From positions 267,274 to 331,273 of the forward strand of contig CAWDYR010000017.1 of assembly GCA_963806555.1 (NCBI GenBank): a stretch of DNA of 64,000 bases. Direction: 5' to 3'. The position numbers and the translations under genes were made by a program. Of the stretch, positions 42,312-51,385 are shown in pieces. Below the pieces are notes generated by a model. That model saw only the letters and a program-made list of their open reading frames with translations, was not told where the DNA came from and made no database searches. Within the stretch, counting starts at the first letter, position 1, and each line of letters starts with the position of its first letter. The stretch comes from an uncultured Bacteroidales bacterium (GTDB taxonomy: Bacteria; Bacteroidota; Bacteroidia; Bacteroidales; VadinHA17).

Positions 42312-43157
42312 ATGGTCGCCGAACTTGAAAAAATATCCTACGATGACAATGGCGGTATCAGGGTTGAATATATTGCTGAACCCAATGGTTTCTGGCACTT
42401 CCATCCGGAATATGAAATTACACTGAACACAAAACGCAGCGGCACGCGGATTGTTGGCGACAGTGTAGAACTCTTCGACAAATACGACCTGGTGCTTATA
42501 GGTGGTAATATCCCGCACTGCTGGAATTACTACAGAGATGACAACTCTGTGCCCGAACAGGGCATAATGCTTCATTTCAGGCTTGCATCGCTGGGCGAGG
42601 CGCTATTATCCCAGCATGAGCTTCACTGTGTCAAAGAGCTGCTTCTTGATTCTGAAAGAGGCCTGGCATTTTCAACAAATGATGCCATCAGGGCAGAAGC
42701 AGTTCTTGCAAATATGGCAACCAGCAAGGGTATTGACAAGATGATCAACTTCTTCAGCCTTCTTAAGATATTGTGCACCTCGGAAAAAAGAACTTTTTTA
42801 TGCTCTGATAATTACAGGCAGGCATTTGATGAAAGAGGCAACAAGAAAATGACCGATGTTTATAATTATATAAGGGAAAACTACTTCAAGCCAATCTCTC
42901 TTGAGCGTATTTCAAGGGTTGCACACATGAGTCCCTTTGCCTTCGCAAGGTATTTTAAAAAGAACTGTGGCGCCGGATTTATTGAATATCTCAACAGGGT
43001 CAGGATGAATAAAGCCTGCCACCTTTTGCGCGAAACAGATTATCCTGTCAATGAAATAGCTGCCGAATGCGGCTTCTCAAGTATCTCCAACTTCAACAAG
43101 CAATTCAGGAAAACTGAAAGTCTTACCCCAACCATTTACAGGGCTCAGTTTAAATAG
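42312..43157 (+). CDS. AraC-family transcriptional regulator (cupin N-domain + HTH_18)
   Basis: The C-terminus ISLERISRVAHMSPFAFARYFKKNCG...NEIAAECGFSSISNFNKQFRK is a double HTH of AraC type. Confidence 0.85.
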   Translation: MVAELEKISYDDNGGIRVEYIAEPNGFWHFHPEYEITLNTKRSGTRIVGDSVELFDKYDLVLIGGNIPHCWNYYRDDNSVPEQGIMLHFRLASLGEALLSQHELHCVKELLLDSERGLAFSTNDAIRAEAVLANMATSKGIDKMINFFSLLKILCTSEKRTFLCSDNYRQAFDERGNKKMTDVYNYIRENYFKPISLERISRVAHMSPFAFARYFKKNCGAGFIEYLNRVRMNKACHLLRETDYPVNEIAAECGFSSISNFNKQFRKTESLTPTIYRAQFK

Positions 43158-43212
43158 CGCGCCGGGGAACTTTACCTGATTTTATCTATTTTTACAAAAA
43201 ATTCTGATATCA

Positions 43213-45018
43213 ATGACCATTATTGAGAAGATATTGGCTTTTCATTCAAAATTTGAAATCGTCAGACCCGGAGACATTGCGGACATTGAAATCGATACCA
43301 GGGTTGCCAGGGATTTCGGAGGCGCCAACGTGGTAAAAAATATGAAAGATTTTGGCTTGCAGATTGAAAATCCGGAGGCCACTTTTTTTACTTTCGATTG
43401 CAACCCTACAGGCTCGGATCAGAAATATGCCGTTAATCAACATATCTGCCGACTGTTTGCAAGGGAGCATGGCATCAGGGTTTATGATATTGATGCCGGC
43501 ATTGGCACCCATATCCTTATTGAAGAAGGTATTGTATTTCCGGGCGCAACGGCTGTTTCAACCGATTCCCACGCAAACATACTGGGCGCTGTTGGCGCCT
43601 TCGGCCAGGGTATGGGTGACATGGATATCGCTGCATCATGGAATAAAGGCAGGGTCTGGTTCAGGATACCTGAATCGGTAAGGATCAACCTTAACGGCAA
43701 GCTGCCTGATAATGTCAGCGCCAAGGATATTGTACTTAACCTTCTTAAAATATTCGGCGCGAACTCCCTCCTCGGCGTTTCGGTTGAAATGTACGGTGAA
43801 GCATCAGAAAGCCTGACTCTGGACCAGAGAATAACTGTTTCATCAATGGCAACTGAAATGGGAGCAATTATTATTCTTTTTCCGCCTTCAGGGGAAGTGA
43901 TAGATTATTGCTCTTCCAGGTCAAAAGTCAGGTTTAAACCTCAGTATGCCGACAGGGATGCACTCTACTCCAGAACTATCGATATCGATGTCACGGGTTT
44001 CGTACCGATGATATCACGTCCGGGCCAGCCTCACGATACAGTTGACGTGAGCGAATTGCACGGCATTAAGATCGACTCGGCTTTTATCGGAAGCTGCACG
44101 AACGGACGTATGGAAGACCTTTTAAAAGCAGCGCAGATCCTGAAGGGCAGAAAAGTAGCACCCGGAGTAGTCCTGAAAATTGTTCCGGCAACCGACAGAA
44201 TATGGAAAACCTGCCTTGAAAGCGGTCTTATCGGTGTATTCAAGGAGGCAGGCGCTCTCGTTTCAAATGCAGGTTGTGCAGGGTGTGCGGCGGGTCAGGT
44301 TGGACAGAATGGTCCGGGAGAAGTGACTGTAAGCACGGGTAACAGGAACTTTCCCGGGAAGCAGGGAAAGGGAAGCGTGTACCTTGCATCCCCGGAGGTT
44401 GTTGCGGCATCGGCGGTAGCAGGCTTTATCACAACACCATCCGGGATCCCTGAGAAACCGGCAGAGTTTATCTTTAAGCCGGCATCAACAGTTAAAGATG
44501 TCAAAAGACCTGAGACTCCGCGAAAGGAAGCTAAAACTGAAATTCTGGAGGGAAGAATATGGTACATAAGAAAAGATAACATCGACACTGATATGATCTT
44601 TCATAACAGGTACCTGTCGATAACTGAGCCCGGGGATATGGGACGTTATACCTTTGACAACCTGCAGGGATATGAGGATTTTGCGAAAAAAGCAGCGGTG
44701 GGAGATATTGTATTCGCCGGCAGTAACTTCGGATCGGGCAGCTCCCGCCAGCAGGCGGTCGATTGCTTTATTTCTCTGGGCATCCGCGCTATCATAGCCG
44801 GATCGTTCGGGGCTATTTATGAAAGGAACGCCATAAATGCGGCATTTCCCGTCATAAGCTGTAAAAATCTGAATCAACTTGAACCGGCTGATGGTGATAC
44901 CGTAAGGATAAACCTCATTACCGGACAGATTGAAAACCTGCGGAACGGATTATCGGTATCCGGCGATCCGTTCTCTGAAGTGCAGCTTAATATCTACCGG
45001 AACGGGGGGCTCTTATGA
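43213..45018 (+). CDS. aconitase-family hydro-lyase with large and small subunits fused (LeuC-LeuD-like, 601 aa)
   Basis: MTIIEKILAFHS..., IGSCTNGRMEDL and CAGCAAGQ Fe-S ligand regions. The C-terminal swivel domain has GSNFGSGSSRQQAV. Confidence 0.8.
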   Translation: MTIIEKILAFHSKFEIVRPGDIADIEIDTRVARDFGGANVVKNMKDFGLQIENPEATFFTFDCNPTGSDQKYAVNQHICRLFAREHGIRVYDIDAGIGTHILIEEGIVFPGATAVSTDSHANILGAVGAFGQGMGDMDIAASWNKGRVWFRIPESVRINLNGKLPDNVSAKDIVLNLLKIFGANSLLGVSVEMYGEASESLTLDQRITVSSMATEMGAIIILFPPSGEVIDYCSSRSKVRFKPQYADRDALYSRTIDIDVTGFVPMISRPGQPHDTVDVSELHGIKIDSAFIGSCTNGRMEDLLKAAQILKGRKVAPGVVLKIVPATDRIWKTCLESGLIGVFKEAGALVSNAGCAGCAAGQVGQNGPGEVTVSTGNRNFPGKQGKGSVYLASPEVVAASAVAGFITTPSGIPEKPAEFIFKPASTVKDVKRPETPRKEAKTEILEGRIWYIRKDNIDTDMIFHNRYLSITEPGDMGRYTFDNLQGYEDFAKKAAVGDIVFAGSNFGSGSSRQQAVDCFISLGIRAIIAGSFGAIYERNAINAAFPVISCKNLNQLEPADGDTVRINLITGQIENLRNGLSVSGDPFSEVQLNIYRNGGLL

Positions 45019-45034
45019 TACCCGAACGGCCATC

Positions 45035-45150
45035 CAACCTGCAACCCGCAACGTGCAACCTGCAACCTGCAACCTGCAACCCGCAACCTGTAACATGCAA
45101 CCTGCAACCTGCAACCTGCAACCCGCAACCTGTAACCCCCAACCCTCAAC
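45035..45150. repeat. about 16 tandem copies of a 7-bp unit (GCAACCY) in the intergenic spacer
   Basis: ...CAACCTGCAACCCGCAACGTGCAACCTGCAACCTGCAACCTGCAACCCGCAACCTGTAACATGCAACCTGCAACCTGCAACCTGCAACCCGCAACCTGTAACCCCCAACCCTCAAC. Confidence 0.9.
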
Positions 45151-45159
45151 TTTAAAGCC

Positions 45160-46395
45160 ATGAATCCATCAACATTTGCAGAAAAAATATTCAATGCAGC
45201 CGCCGGGACAATTGTCTTTGCCCGTCCTGACATAATGCTTACCCACGACAATACTGCCAGCATTTTCAGGACTTTCCAGAAGATGGGAGGGGAGAAGGTT
45301 GCGGATCCGGGCCAGATGCTTGTTGTTCTTGATCACAATGCACCACCTGCCGATGCAAAGCTTGCCAATCAGTACCAGGAGATACGGAATATTGTTGCTG
45401 AACAGCACATAGATAATTTTTATGATGCCGGGAAAGGGATCTGCCACCAGGTGATGTCGTACCATGCACGTCCCGGTATGCTGGTTGTGGGCAGCGACAG
45501 CCATACGTCAACAGCAGGGGCGTTCAATGCTTTTGCTGCCGGAATCGACAGGACCGAATCGGCAGGTATCTGGAAAAGAGGCGAGACATGGTTCAGGGTT
45601 CCTGAATCGTTGAAGATAACACTCTCGGGCAGGCTGCGGGAGCGGGTTTCGGCAAAGGATCTCGCGCTGTGGATCATAGGTATGATCGGATCTGACGGGG
45701 CTAATTACATGTCGGTCGAATACCATGGCGAGGGAGTGAAAAGCCTTTCGGTTTCAGACAGGATGACAATTGCCAATCTGGCTTCAGAGATGGGAGCGAA
45801 GAATGCAGTTTTTCCGGCTGATAAAATCCTGAGCGATTTTCTGGGTGGCAGGGTTGAAGATTTCAATCCGGTATGGGCTGATGAAGGTGCATCCTACATA
45901 AGGGAAATATCGATAGATCTGAATGAGATAATCCCGGTAGTCGCAGCACCGCATAATGTCGAAAATATAGTGTCGGTCCACGACGCAGCAGGAACTGTAG
46001 TTCATGAAGGTCTTATTGGCACCTGCACAAACGGCAGGCTTGAAGATCTGAGAGTCGCCGCTGAGATTCTGAGGGGCAAAACTATTAAGAGCGGATTTCA
46101 GCTTAATATAATTCCTGCCTCACAGCCGGTTTTGCTTCAGGCTATCAGGGAAGGATTGATAGCTGTCTTCATTGAAGCCGGCGCCAATGTGTTAACGCCC
46201 TCATGCGGACCATGTCTGGGAACAGGGCAGGGGATACCGGCCAGCGGTCATACGGTGATCTCAACAGCCAACCGTAATTTTCAGGGAAGAATGGGAAACA
46301 AGGAGGCAAGGATCTACCTTGCCTCTCCGGCAACTGTTGCTTCATCAGCTTTAACGGGGGTTATTACCGATCCCACGGAAAGAACCGGACAGTGA
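45160..46395 (+). CDS. aconitase-family hydro-lyase large subunit (LeuC/HacA-like, 411 aa)
   Basis: DIMLTHDNTA..., VVGSDSHTSTAGAF, IGTCTNGRLEDL and SCGPCLG cluster motifs. Confidence 0.85.
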   Translation: MNPSTFAEKIFNAAAGTIVFARPDIMLTHDNTASIFRTFQKMGGEKVADPGQMLVVLDHNAPPADAKLANQYQEIRNIVAEQHIDNFYDAGKGICHQVMSYHARPGMLVVGSDSHTSTAGAFNAFAAGIDRTESAGIWKRGETWFRVPESLKITLSGRLRERVSAKDLALWIIGMIGSDGANYMSVEYHGEGVKSLSVSDRMTIANLASEMGAKNAVFPADKILSDFLGGRVEDFNPVWADEGASYIREISIDLNEIIPVVAAPHNVENIVSVHDAAGTVVHEGLIGTCTNGRLEDLRVAAEILRGKTIKSGFQLNIIPASQPVLLQAIREGLIAVFIEAGANVLTPSCGPCLGTGQGIPASGHTVISTANRNFQGRMGNKEARIYLASPATVASSALTGVITDPTERTGQ

Positions 46396-46945
46396 CAGAT
46401 TCCCCTTTTCAGTTGAGCAGGGTAAAACCTTAGAGATACAACCAGGGGAGAAAAGGCGGCTTGGAAATGTCTGGAACTATTCGGATATTGATAACCTCAA
46501 TACTGATCAGATGTTTGCCGGAAAACATACATACAGTGTTTTAAGCTCCGATCCGGCATCCATTGTCCCGCACCTGTTTGAGGATTTTGATCCTGCATTC
46601 AGATCAGGTGCCAGGGCCGGTGACATAATCGTTGCGGGTGATAATTTCGGATGCGGAAGTTCGAGGGAACATCCGTCGGTAGGGCTTGCCTATATCGGGA
46701 TCAGCGCAATTATTGCAAAGTCGGTAAACAGGATCTTTTACAGGTCTTCGGTAAATCAGGGACTTGCGCTTATTGTCAGCAGGGAAGCTGTAGAGGCGTA
46801 CAGGCCGGGGGATGCTGTTAGTGTTAGTTTTGAAAACGGGATTATCAGCGTAGGGCAAAAGACATTCAGGTTTGAACCGCTTCCTGAGAAGCTGAAGCAG
46901 ATCATTGACAAAAAAGGGCTTGTCAATTACATGAAATCGGTATAA
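46392..46945 (+). pseudogene. aconitase-family small subunit (LeuD/HacB-like); start region apparently frameshifted
   Basis: The track ORF starts at 46511, but homology-like sequence (GNVWNYSDIDNLNTDQMFAGKHTY) extends upstream in the same frame with no start codon. GTG 46392 overlaps the upstream stop but is in another frame. The GDNFGCGSSREHP motif is present. Confidence 0.65.
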
Positions 46946-47024
46946 CAGGTTAGTGTCAGAGGCGCTTATCAAGATTATCCTACGTACAACTCGCGATTTG
47001 GATTGGTGAAATTGAAAAAAGATG

Positions 47025-47032
47025 TATTTTTG
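47025..47032 (+). promoter_or_regulatory. Bacteroidota-type -7 promoter box (TAnnTTTG) upstream of tRNA-Arg
   Basis: TATTTTTG at 47025-47032 with TTTG at 46997-47000, ~95 nt upstream of the tRNA. Confidence 0.35.
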
Positions 47033-47126
47033 CAGCCGGCAACAAAAAGGTTCCGTAGCTCATCCCGATAGCTGTCGTAAGGCTCCCGGGACTGCGGTAC
47101 ATGCGAAGGTTCTGTTGCAAAGTATT

Positions 47127-47200
47127 GGTTCCGTAGCTCAGCTGGATAGAGCAACAGCCTTCTAAGCTGTGGGTCGGGCGTTCGAATCGCCCCGGAATCA
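47127..47200 (+). tRNA. tRNA-Arg (anticodon TCT)
   Basis: Acceptor GGTTCCG/CGGAATC, D arm GCTCAGCTGGATAGAGC, anticodon stem ACAGC/GCTGT with loop CTTCTAA, and T arm GGGCGTTCGAATCGCCC. CCA is not encoded. Confidence 0.9.
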
Positions 47201-47342
47201 CTAAGAGAATTAAGAGTTAGAGAGTTTTGTCAAGGTGGCCATGAAGGGTTTGGCGGTAGAGGGCGCAGATTGGATTCGCAGAATTTCCTGATTTCTTTAA
47301 CTTTAGAATCTACCATGGCGATTGCATTTTTATTATTTGAAA

Positions 47343-48147
47343 TTATCCCGATTTTTCAAAGCTGTCTGAAAAGAATTCTATCAACACAGGTGCCAGAGCT
47401 TTAGGACTCACACCGTGTGTCTGGCCAGCTAATGTACGAATTTGCACATGGGGAATATATTTGCTGATTGCCTGAGCCGCATCTCGCATACTGTATTGTG
47501 CCTGCGCCGCCGTGCATGACAAGTGTCGGGATTTTTATACGTCTAAGGAGGGAAACTGGCAGGGCATGTCCTTCACCCATAACCTCACTGTCATATACTA
47601 ATGTTGGAGCCATTGCCTCCAGCCCCCGCCACATTGGCATGCGTTTTATGGCTTGAATTTGTTTGTCCGAAACACCTGCAGATCGGATGAACAAGGCGAC
47701 GGCATCTCCTTTGCGTCCCTCCTTGAGCAACTTCTTAAGTTGGCCGTAGTATTCATTGGCGGTTTTACATTCTTCGTCATCTAACGAATATGGCGCTTCG
47801 TATATGGCTAACTTTCTGACTTTTTTGTACAGTTTGGCTGCAACCTGAAGTGCAATAGCTGCACCTGAAGAATGACCATAAAGGCAAACGGTTCCTTCAA
47901 CCGCATCTATAAGTGAGACGATATCTTCAAATTCACGGCGAGGCGAATATGGTTTTGTGTCTGTACTATCACCGCGTCCTCGTCGGTCATAGCTTACGAC
48001 AGTGAAATGGGATGCAAGCAGCTTTGCTAACCTGGAACCGGACTTTCCTGAATTTAGAGCCCCGAGCACTAATATCACAACCTCTCCATGACCTGCTTTT
48101 TCATAAGCAATTGTTGTACCATCCTTTGATGTCACCTTCGCTCTCAT
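47343..48147 (-). pseudogene. alpha/beta hydrolase, apparent frameshift near 47500
   Basis: Nucleophile elbow GHSSGA. After VMHGGAG the correct frame continues AQYSMRDAAQAISKYIPHVQIRTLAGQTHGVSPKALAPVLIEFF...* (catalytic His) and ends at 47343. Confidence 0.75.
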
Positions 48148-48183
48148 GAGTTATTACAGATTTTGTAAGATCATTGAAAACCT

Positions 48184-48350
48184 CAGCTCAAACCCGGTGG
48201 GCTGTTCCAGCGTATTTGGAATTTCAGGCGACATATTCTTTAGCTTTTTTAATACGTTTTAAATCACTTGCTTAAAGCTTCTTTTCTTCCTAAAGGTCAA
48301 AGTCATTCTGAAGTACAAGCCAGAATTTTGCGGAGTTGCCAAAATAGTAA
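48184..48350 (-). repeat. ~167-bp copy (about 90% identity by eye) of the higA 3' end plus its downstream flank; decayed higA remnant
   Basis: It aligns with 51040..51208. The remnant reads ...YYFGNSAKFWLVLQNDFDL* then stops, and keeps the final KEYVA* codons. Confidence 0.8.
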
Positions 48351-48829
48351 CCTTTCGCTTTTGGCCAATCAGTTAAAACTCTATCATCAATTTTGGTATT
48401 CGGTTTTTTGCTATATCCAATATCAGCATTCCAAGGTTCAGTTATGGGCTCATAAACTAATTGGCCTTGGTTATCACCTTTAAAATCATTACAATACAAC
48501 TCCATTTTAGCTTCGATTATCTCAATCCCCTTTGGTAATTCGGATAAATCCCATTGTATTAAAAACCTCTCATCACAATTTCTGTAATCAACCTGCTTGT
48601 TTACTAAATCTTGTTTCCATTTTCCTTGAAAATATAAATTCCCTGCTCCGCTTGGATTAGATTTATCGGGGTTACAGGTACAAATATATAATTCATTACT
48701 TATTTTATTAATGACTATAGTATCAGATGGGGTTTTGCTTATCGCATTTTTATCCCCTTCAGGATTCGATCCGCATCCAGGAAAAACCGATGCACAAAGC
48801 GCAATGACTAATAATTGATTTAATTTCAT
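48290..48829 (-). CDS. DNRLRE-domain lipoprotein whose last ~19 codons derive from the higA remnant
   Basis: MKLNQLLVIALCASVFPGCGS lipobox and FLIQWDLSELPKGIEIIEAKMELYC...YEPITEPWNADIGYSKKP (DNRLRE-like). The C-terminal YYFGNSAKFWLVLQNDFDL nearly equals the HigA sequence. Confidence 0.65.
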   Translation of the reverse strand: MKLNQLLVIALCASVFPGCGSNPEGDKNAISKTPSDTIVINKISNELYICTCNPDKSNPSGAGNLYFQGKWKQDLVNKQVDYRNCDERFLIQWDLSELPKGIEIIEAKMELYCNDFKGDNQGQLVYEPITEPWNADIGYSKKPNTKIDDRVLTDWPKAKGYYFGNSAKFWLVLQNDFDL

Positions 48830-48975
48830 TTTTAGACAATTTATAGTTAGTAGGTTTACCCAATTTCTCAAATTTGTCAGCACCAGTGACCGGAGCTTTA
48901 AAAGCAGTTTGTCTTTATCCCAAGAAGTTTTTCCGGTCAATCTGATACGATTCAAGCGATATTGGTTACTGACAT

Positions 48976-49954
48976 TTAATGTTTGTAGTCATGTTCCACA
49001 ATAATTACTACTTTACCTTTGTGCGCACCTTCACCAAAATGCCTGAATGCTTCAGGAACTTCCTCTAACCTGTAAGGTTCATCTATCACGGGCTTGATTT
49101 TACCAGCTTCGAAAAGCTCATTCACATAGGCTAAATCCTTGTTTTGCTTCAGGCCAACGATACGTATTTTCTTTTTACTGGTAACAGAGATCCAGGGCCC
49201 TAGTAATAAAGCCTGTAAAAGCCTGACCATAGTACCTCCAACTGTGACATAAATTCCATCAGGACATAATGCGCGGACATAATCGAATATCGAACGCTTT
49301 GTCTTAACATCAAGAATCAGATCATAACATTGGCCGTTTTTAGTGAAATCTTCCTGTTTGTAATTAATGACATGATCAAAACCAATTGAGCGCATCATAT
49401 CCAATTTGCCGGAGCTGTCAACACCAGTAACTTCAACTCCAATATAATTTGGCAATCTGCACGGCAAATGTACCTACGCCACCACCCGCACCATTAATTA
49501 AGAGTTTTTGTCCGGAATGAATATTCCCCTTATCACGAAGACCCTGTATCGCCAGCATTGCTGCCTGAGGTATTGCTGCTGCTTCCCCGAAGCTCATACT
49601 GACAGGCTTTAGGACCAATTCGTTTTCATGAGCACAAACATATTCAGCGAAGCCTCCCCAATTGCCGCTCAGATCTCCATACACTTCATCCCCGAACTGA
49701 AACTTCTTTATCTTATTGCCAACAGCTTCAATTCGTCCTGCAATGTCGGAGCCAAGTATTTTTATTTTTGGTTTAAGCAGACCATTGATGAGGCGATTTA
49801 TGAGATCACCCTGAAGGAGGCCCAAATCCCAATCATTTATTGAAACCGCATAAATTTTTATCAGGACCTCATCCTCGCCGGGAACAGGTTTATCTACCTC
49901 TTTTAATTCAAGAACATCAGGTGTTCCGTATTTTGTATAGACAATTGCTTTCAT
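48976..49954 (-). pseudogene. MDR-family NAD(P)H quinone oxidoreductase / Zn-type alcohol dehydrogenase, 1-nt frameshift near 49450
   Basis: The N-half ends ...NGAGGGVGTFAVQIAKLY and the C-half continues GVEVTGVDSSGKLDMMRSIGFDHVI... It is a paralog of the intact 62578..63522 gene. Confidence 0.8.
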
Positions 49955-50004
49955 TTTCTATTTCATATCTGGAGTACTATTCTGCCTGTTATCAAATTGG
50001 CCAA

Positions 50005-50122
50005 ATTTAACAGGCGGTACGTCGTAAATAAAAGAAACATCGGGTGCAGGTTTTAGCAGTCCGGGGTGCAGGGTTTTGCAAAAACCATGACAAGCCCATT
50101 AATCATACCGTCCGCGTTAGGC
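50005..50122 (-). other. attC-like recombination site candidate (118 nt), the best example in the window
   Basis: Minus strand: GCCTAAC-GCGGACGGTA...TACCGCCT-GTTAAAT. Both boxes fit RYYYAAC/GTTRRRY perfectly. The arms pair (TAAC/GTTA, GG/CC, CGGTA/TACCG) with an extrahelical A on the 5' arm. The TAA stop of the upstream ORF lies inside GCCTAAC. Confidence 0.6.
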
Positions 50123-50845
50123 GTTTGTAGTGTTTATTAATCCTATAATAGTGAGAAAGTTAGAAAATAATTGTCGTCCCGTGTTTTGATAATCTGATTT
50201 AATTGTTTTAAAATCAGATCGCAGTTGTTTAGCATTAAGTTTTTGAAGGTCTGAATCCTCAATTAACCAGGATTCCAGGAGATCATTTGTTAACTCAAAA
50301 TGTGATTGAATACCATATGCCGTTTTACCTATTTTTACAATTTGATTTCTGCAGAAATCACCGGTGGCTAAAAGAGTCATCTGTGGAGTAAGTTTTACAG
50401 TCTCCCCATGTAGTTGAAAGACTGTAAGATTATCAGACAGGTTTTTAAAGATTTTATCTTTCCTTCCTTTGGAGGTTAATTTTACTTTGAAGAACTTGTT
50501 TTTGGGATCTCTGAATCCTGTTTCGTTCGTTTGACACTTTTCAACCGTGCCACCCATTGCTTTGACTAAGGTCTGAAGTCCTAAACAGATTCCGAGATAG
50601 GGAATTTGTAACTGAATAGCTTTTCTGATTAATGCAAGCTCATTTTGCATTTTCGGAGTCAAATCATTAGCGCTGTCTGGTCCCCCGAGTACAATTAGTG
50701 CACTGTAATTTTCAATGGCTTCAATTAATGTTGAATTATCAAAATCAATTATTTGGTATTCAAGGTTATGCTCTTTCAATAGAATTTCGATGAGTCCGGG
50801 ATTTTCCCTGGGCACGTTTCTAATAATCAGAATTGGTCTGGTCAT
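50117..50845 (-). CDS. class I glutamine amidotransferase (GATase1) family protein
   Basis: ALIVLGGP...PYLGICLGLQ (nucleophile Cys)...GIQSHFE (His). Confidence 0.8.
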   Translation of the reverse strand: MTRPILIIRNVPRENPGLIEILLKEHNLEYQIIDFDNSTLIEAIENYSALIVLGGPDSANDLTPKMQNELALIRKAIQLQIPYLGICLGLQTLVKAMGGTVEKCQTNETGFRDPKNKFFKVKLTSKGRKDKIFKNLSDNLTVFQLHGETVKLTPQMTLLATGDFCRNQIVKIGKTAYGIQSHFELTNDLLESWLIEDSDLQKLNAKQLRSDFKTIKSDYQNTGRQLFSNFLTIIGLINTTNA

Positions 50846-51039
50846 AAGTATTTGTTTCAGTTGTAAAGCACCGTATGAAATTCTGGTTCTCTTACTTGCT
50901 TTGATCCGGGAAAGATGTCCTGGATCCTATTTATTATTCGAAATGAAATATTCTGGTCGGGAAGCAATTTCATCAGAGTTCGAAAAAGTTCGAAATAAAT
51001 CTTCCGAAATATTTCGCAATAAAATCCGTAGGAGCGGGG

Positions 51040-51208
51040 TCAGTTCAAACCCGGGGGGCTGTTCAATCGCATTTGGAATTTTATGCGACATATTCTTTAG
51101 CTTTCTTAATACGTTTTAAATCACTGGCTTTAAGTTTTTTTTCTTCCTCAAGGTCAAAGTCATTCTGAAGTCCAAGCCAGAATTTTGCGGAGTTACCAAA
51201 ATAGTAAC
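51040..51208 (-). repeat. intact-side copy of the ~167-bp duplication (higA 3' end + flank)
   Basis: See 48184..48350. It contains a hairpin-like AACCCGGGGGGCTGTT motif that also occurs at 48193 and, perfectly, at 61976 (AACAGCCCGGTGGGCTGTT). Confidence 0.8.
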
Positions 51209-51380
51209 TTAGTCTGAGAGCAGTATTCGCAGTAATGCTTCTGTGTCCTTTTATTATTTCAGAAGTTCTTGTCTGAGGAATTCCAATGTCCTTTGATAAT
51301 CTGTAGGCAGATATTTTTAAGGGTTTGAGGAATTCTTCCAACAGTATTTCACCCGGGTGGATATTTGCTAACTTTTCCAT
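51081..51380 (-). CDS. higA: HigA-family antitoxin (XRE HTH)
   Basis: MEKLANIHPGEILLEEFLKPLKISAYRLSKDIGIPQTRTSEIIKGHRSITANTALRLSYYFGNSAKFWLGLQNDFDLEE is the canonical HigA/VapI pattern. Confidence 0.9.
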   Translation of the reverse strand: MEKLANIHPGEILLEEFLKPLKISAYRLSKDIGIPQTRTSEIIKGHRSITANTALRLSYYFGNSAKFWLGLQNDFDLEEEKKLKASDLKRIKKAKEYVA

Positions 51381-51385
51381 TGTTT

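Noticed and set aside
45035-45150. Possible CRISPR array (also considered for 58493-58546)
   Set aside because: The units are 7-8 bp and contiguous, with no spacers, and there are no cas genes. These are simple tandem repeats.
44930-45163. 77-aa ORF encoding a QPATCN-type repeat peptide
   Set aside because: It is a translation artefact of the 7-bp DNA microsatellite. It overlaps the 3' end of the upstream gene, and the repeat period (7) is not codon-compatible with selection for a protein repeat.
46980-47201. 73-aa minus-strand ORF
   Set aside because: It overlaps tRNA-Arg and its promoter/leader. The RFERPTHSLEGCCSIQLSYGT stretch is the usual antisense translation of a tRNA.
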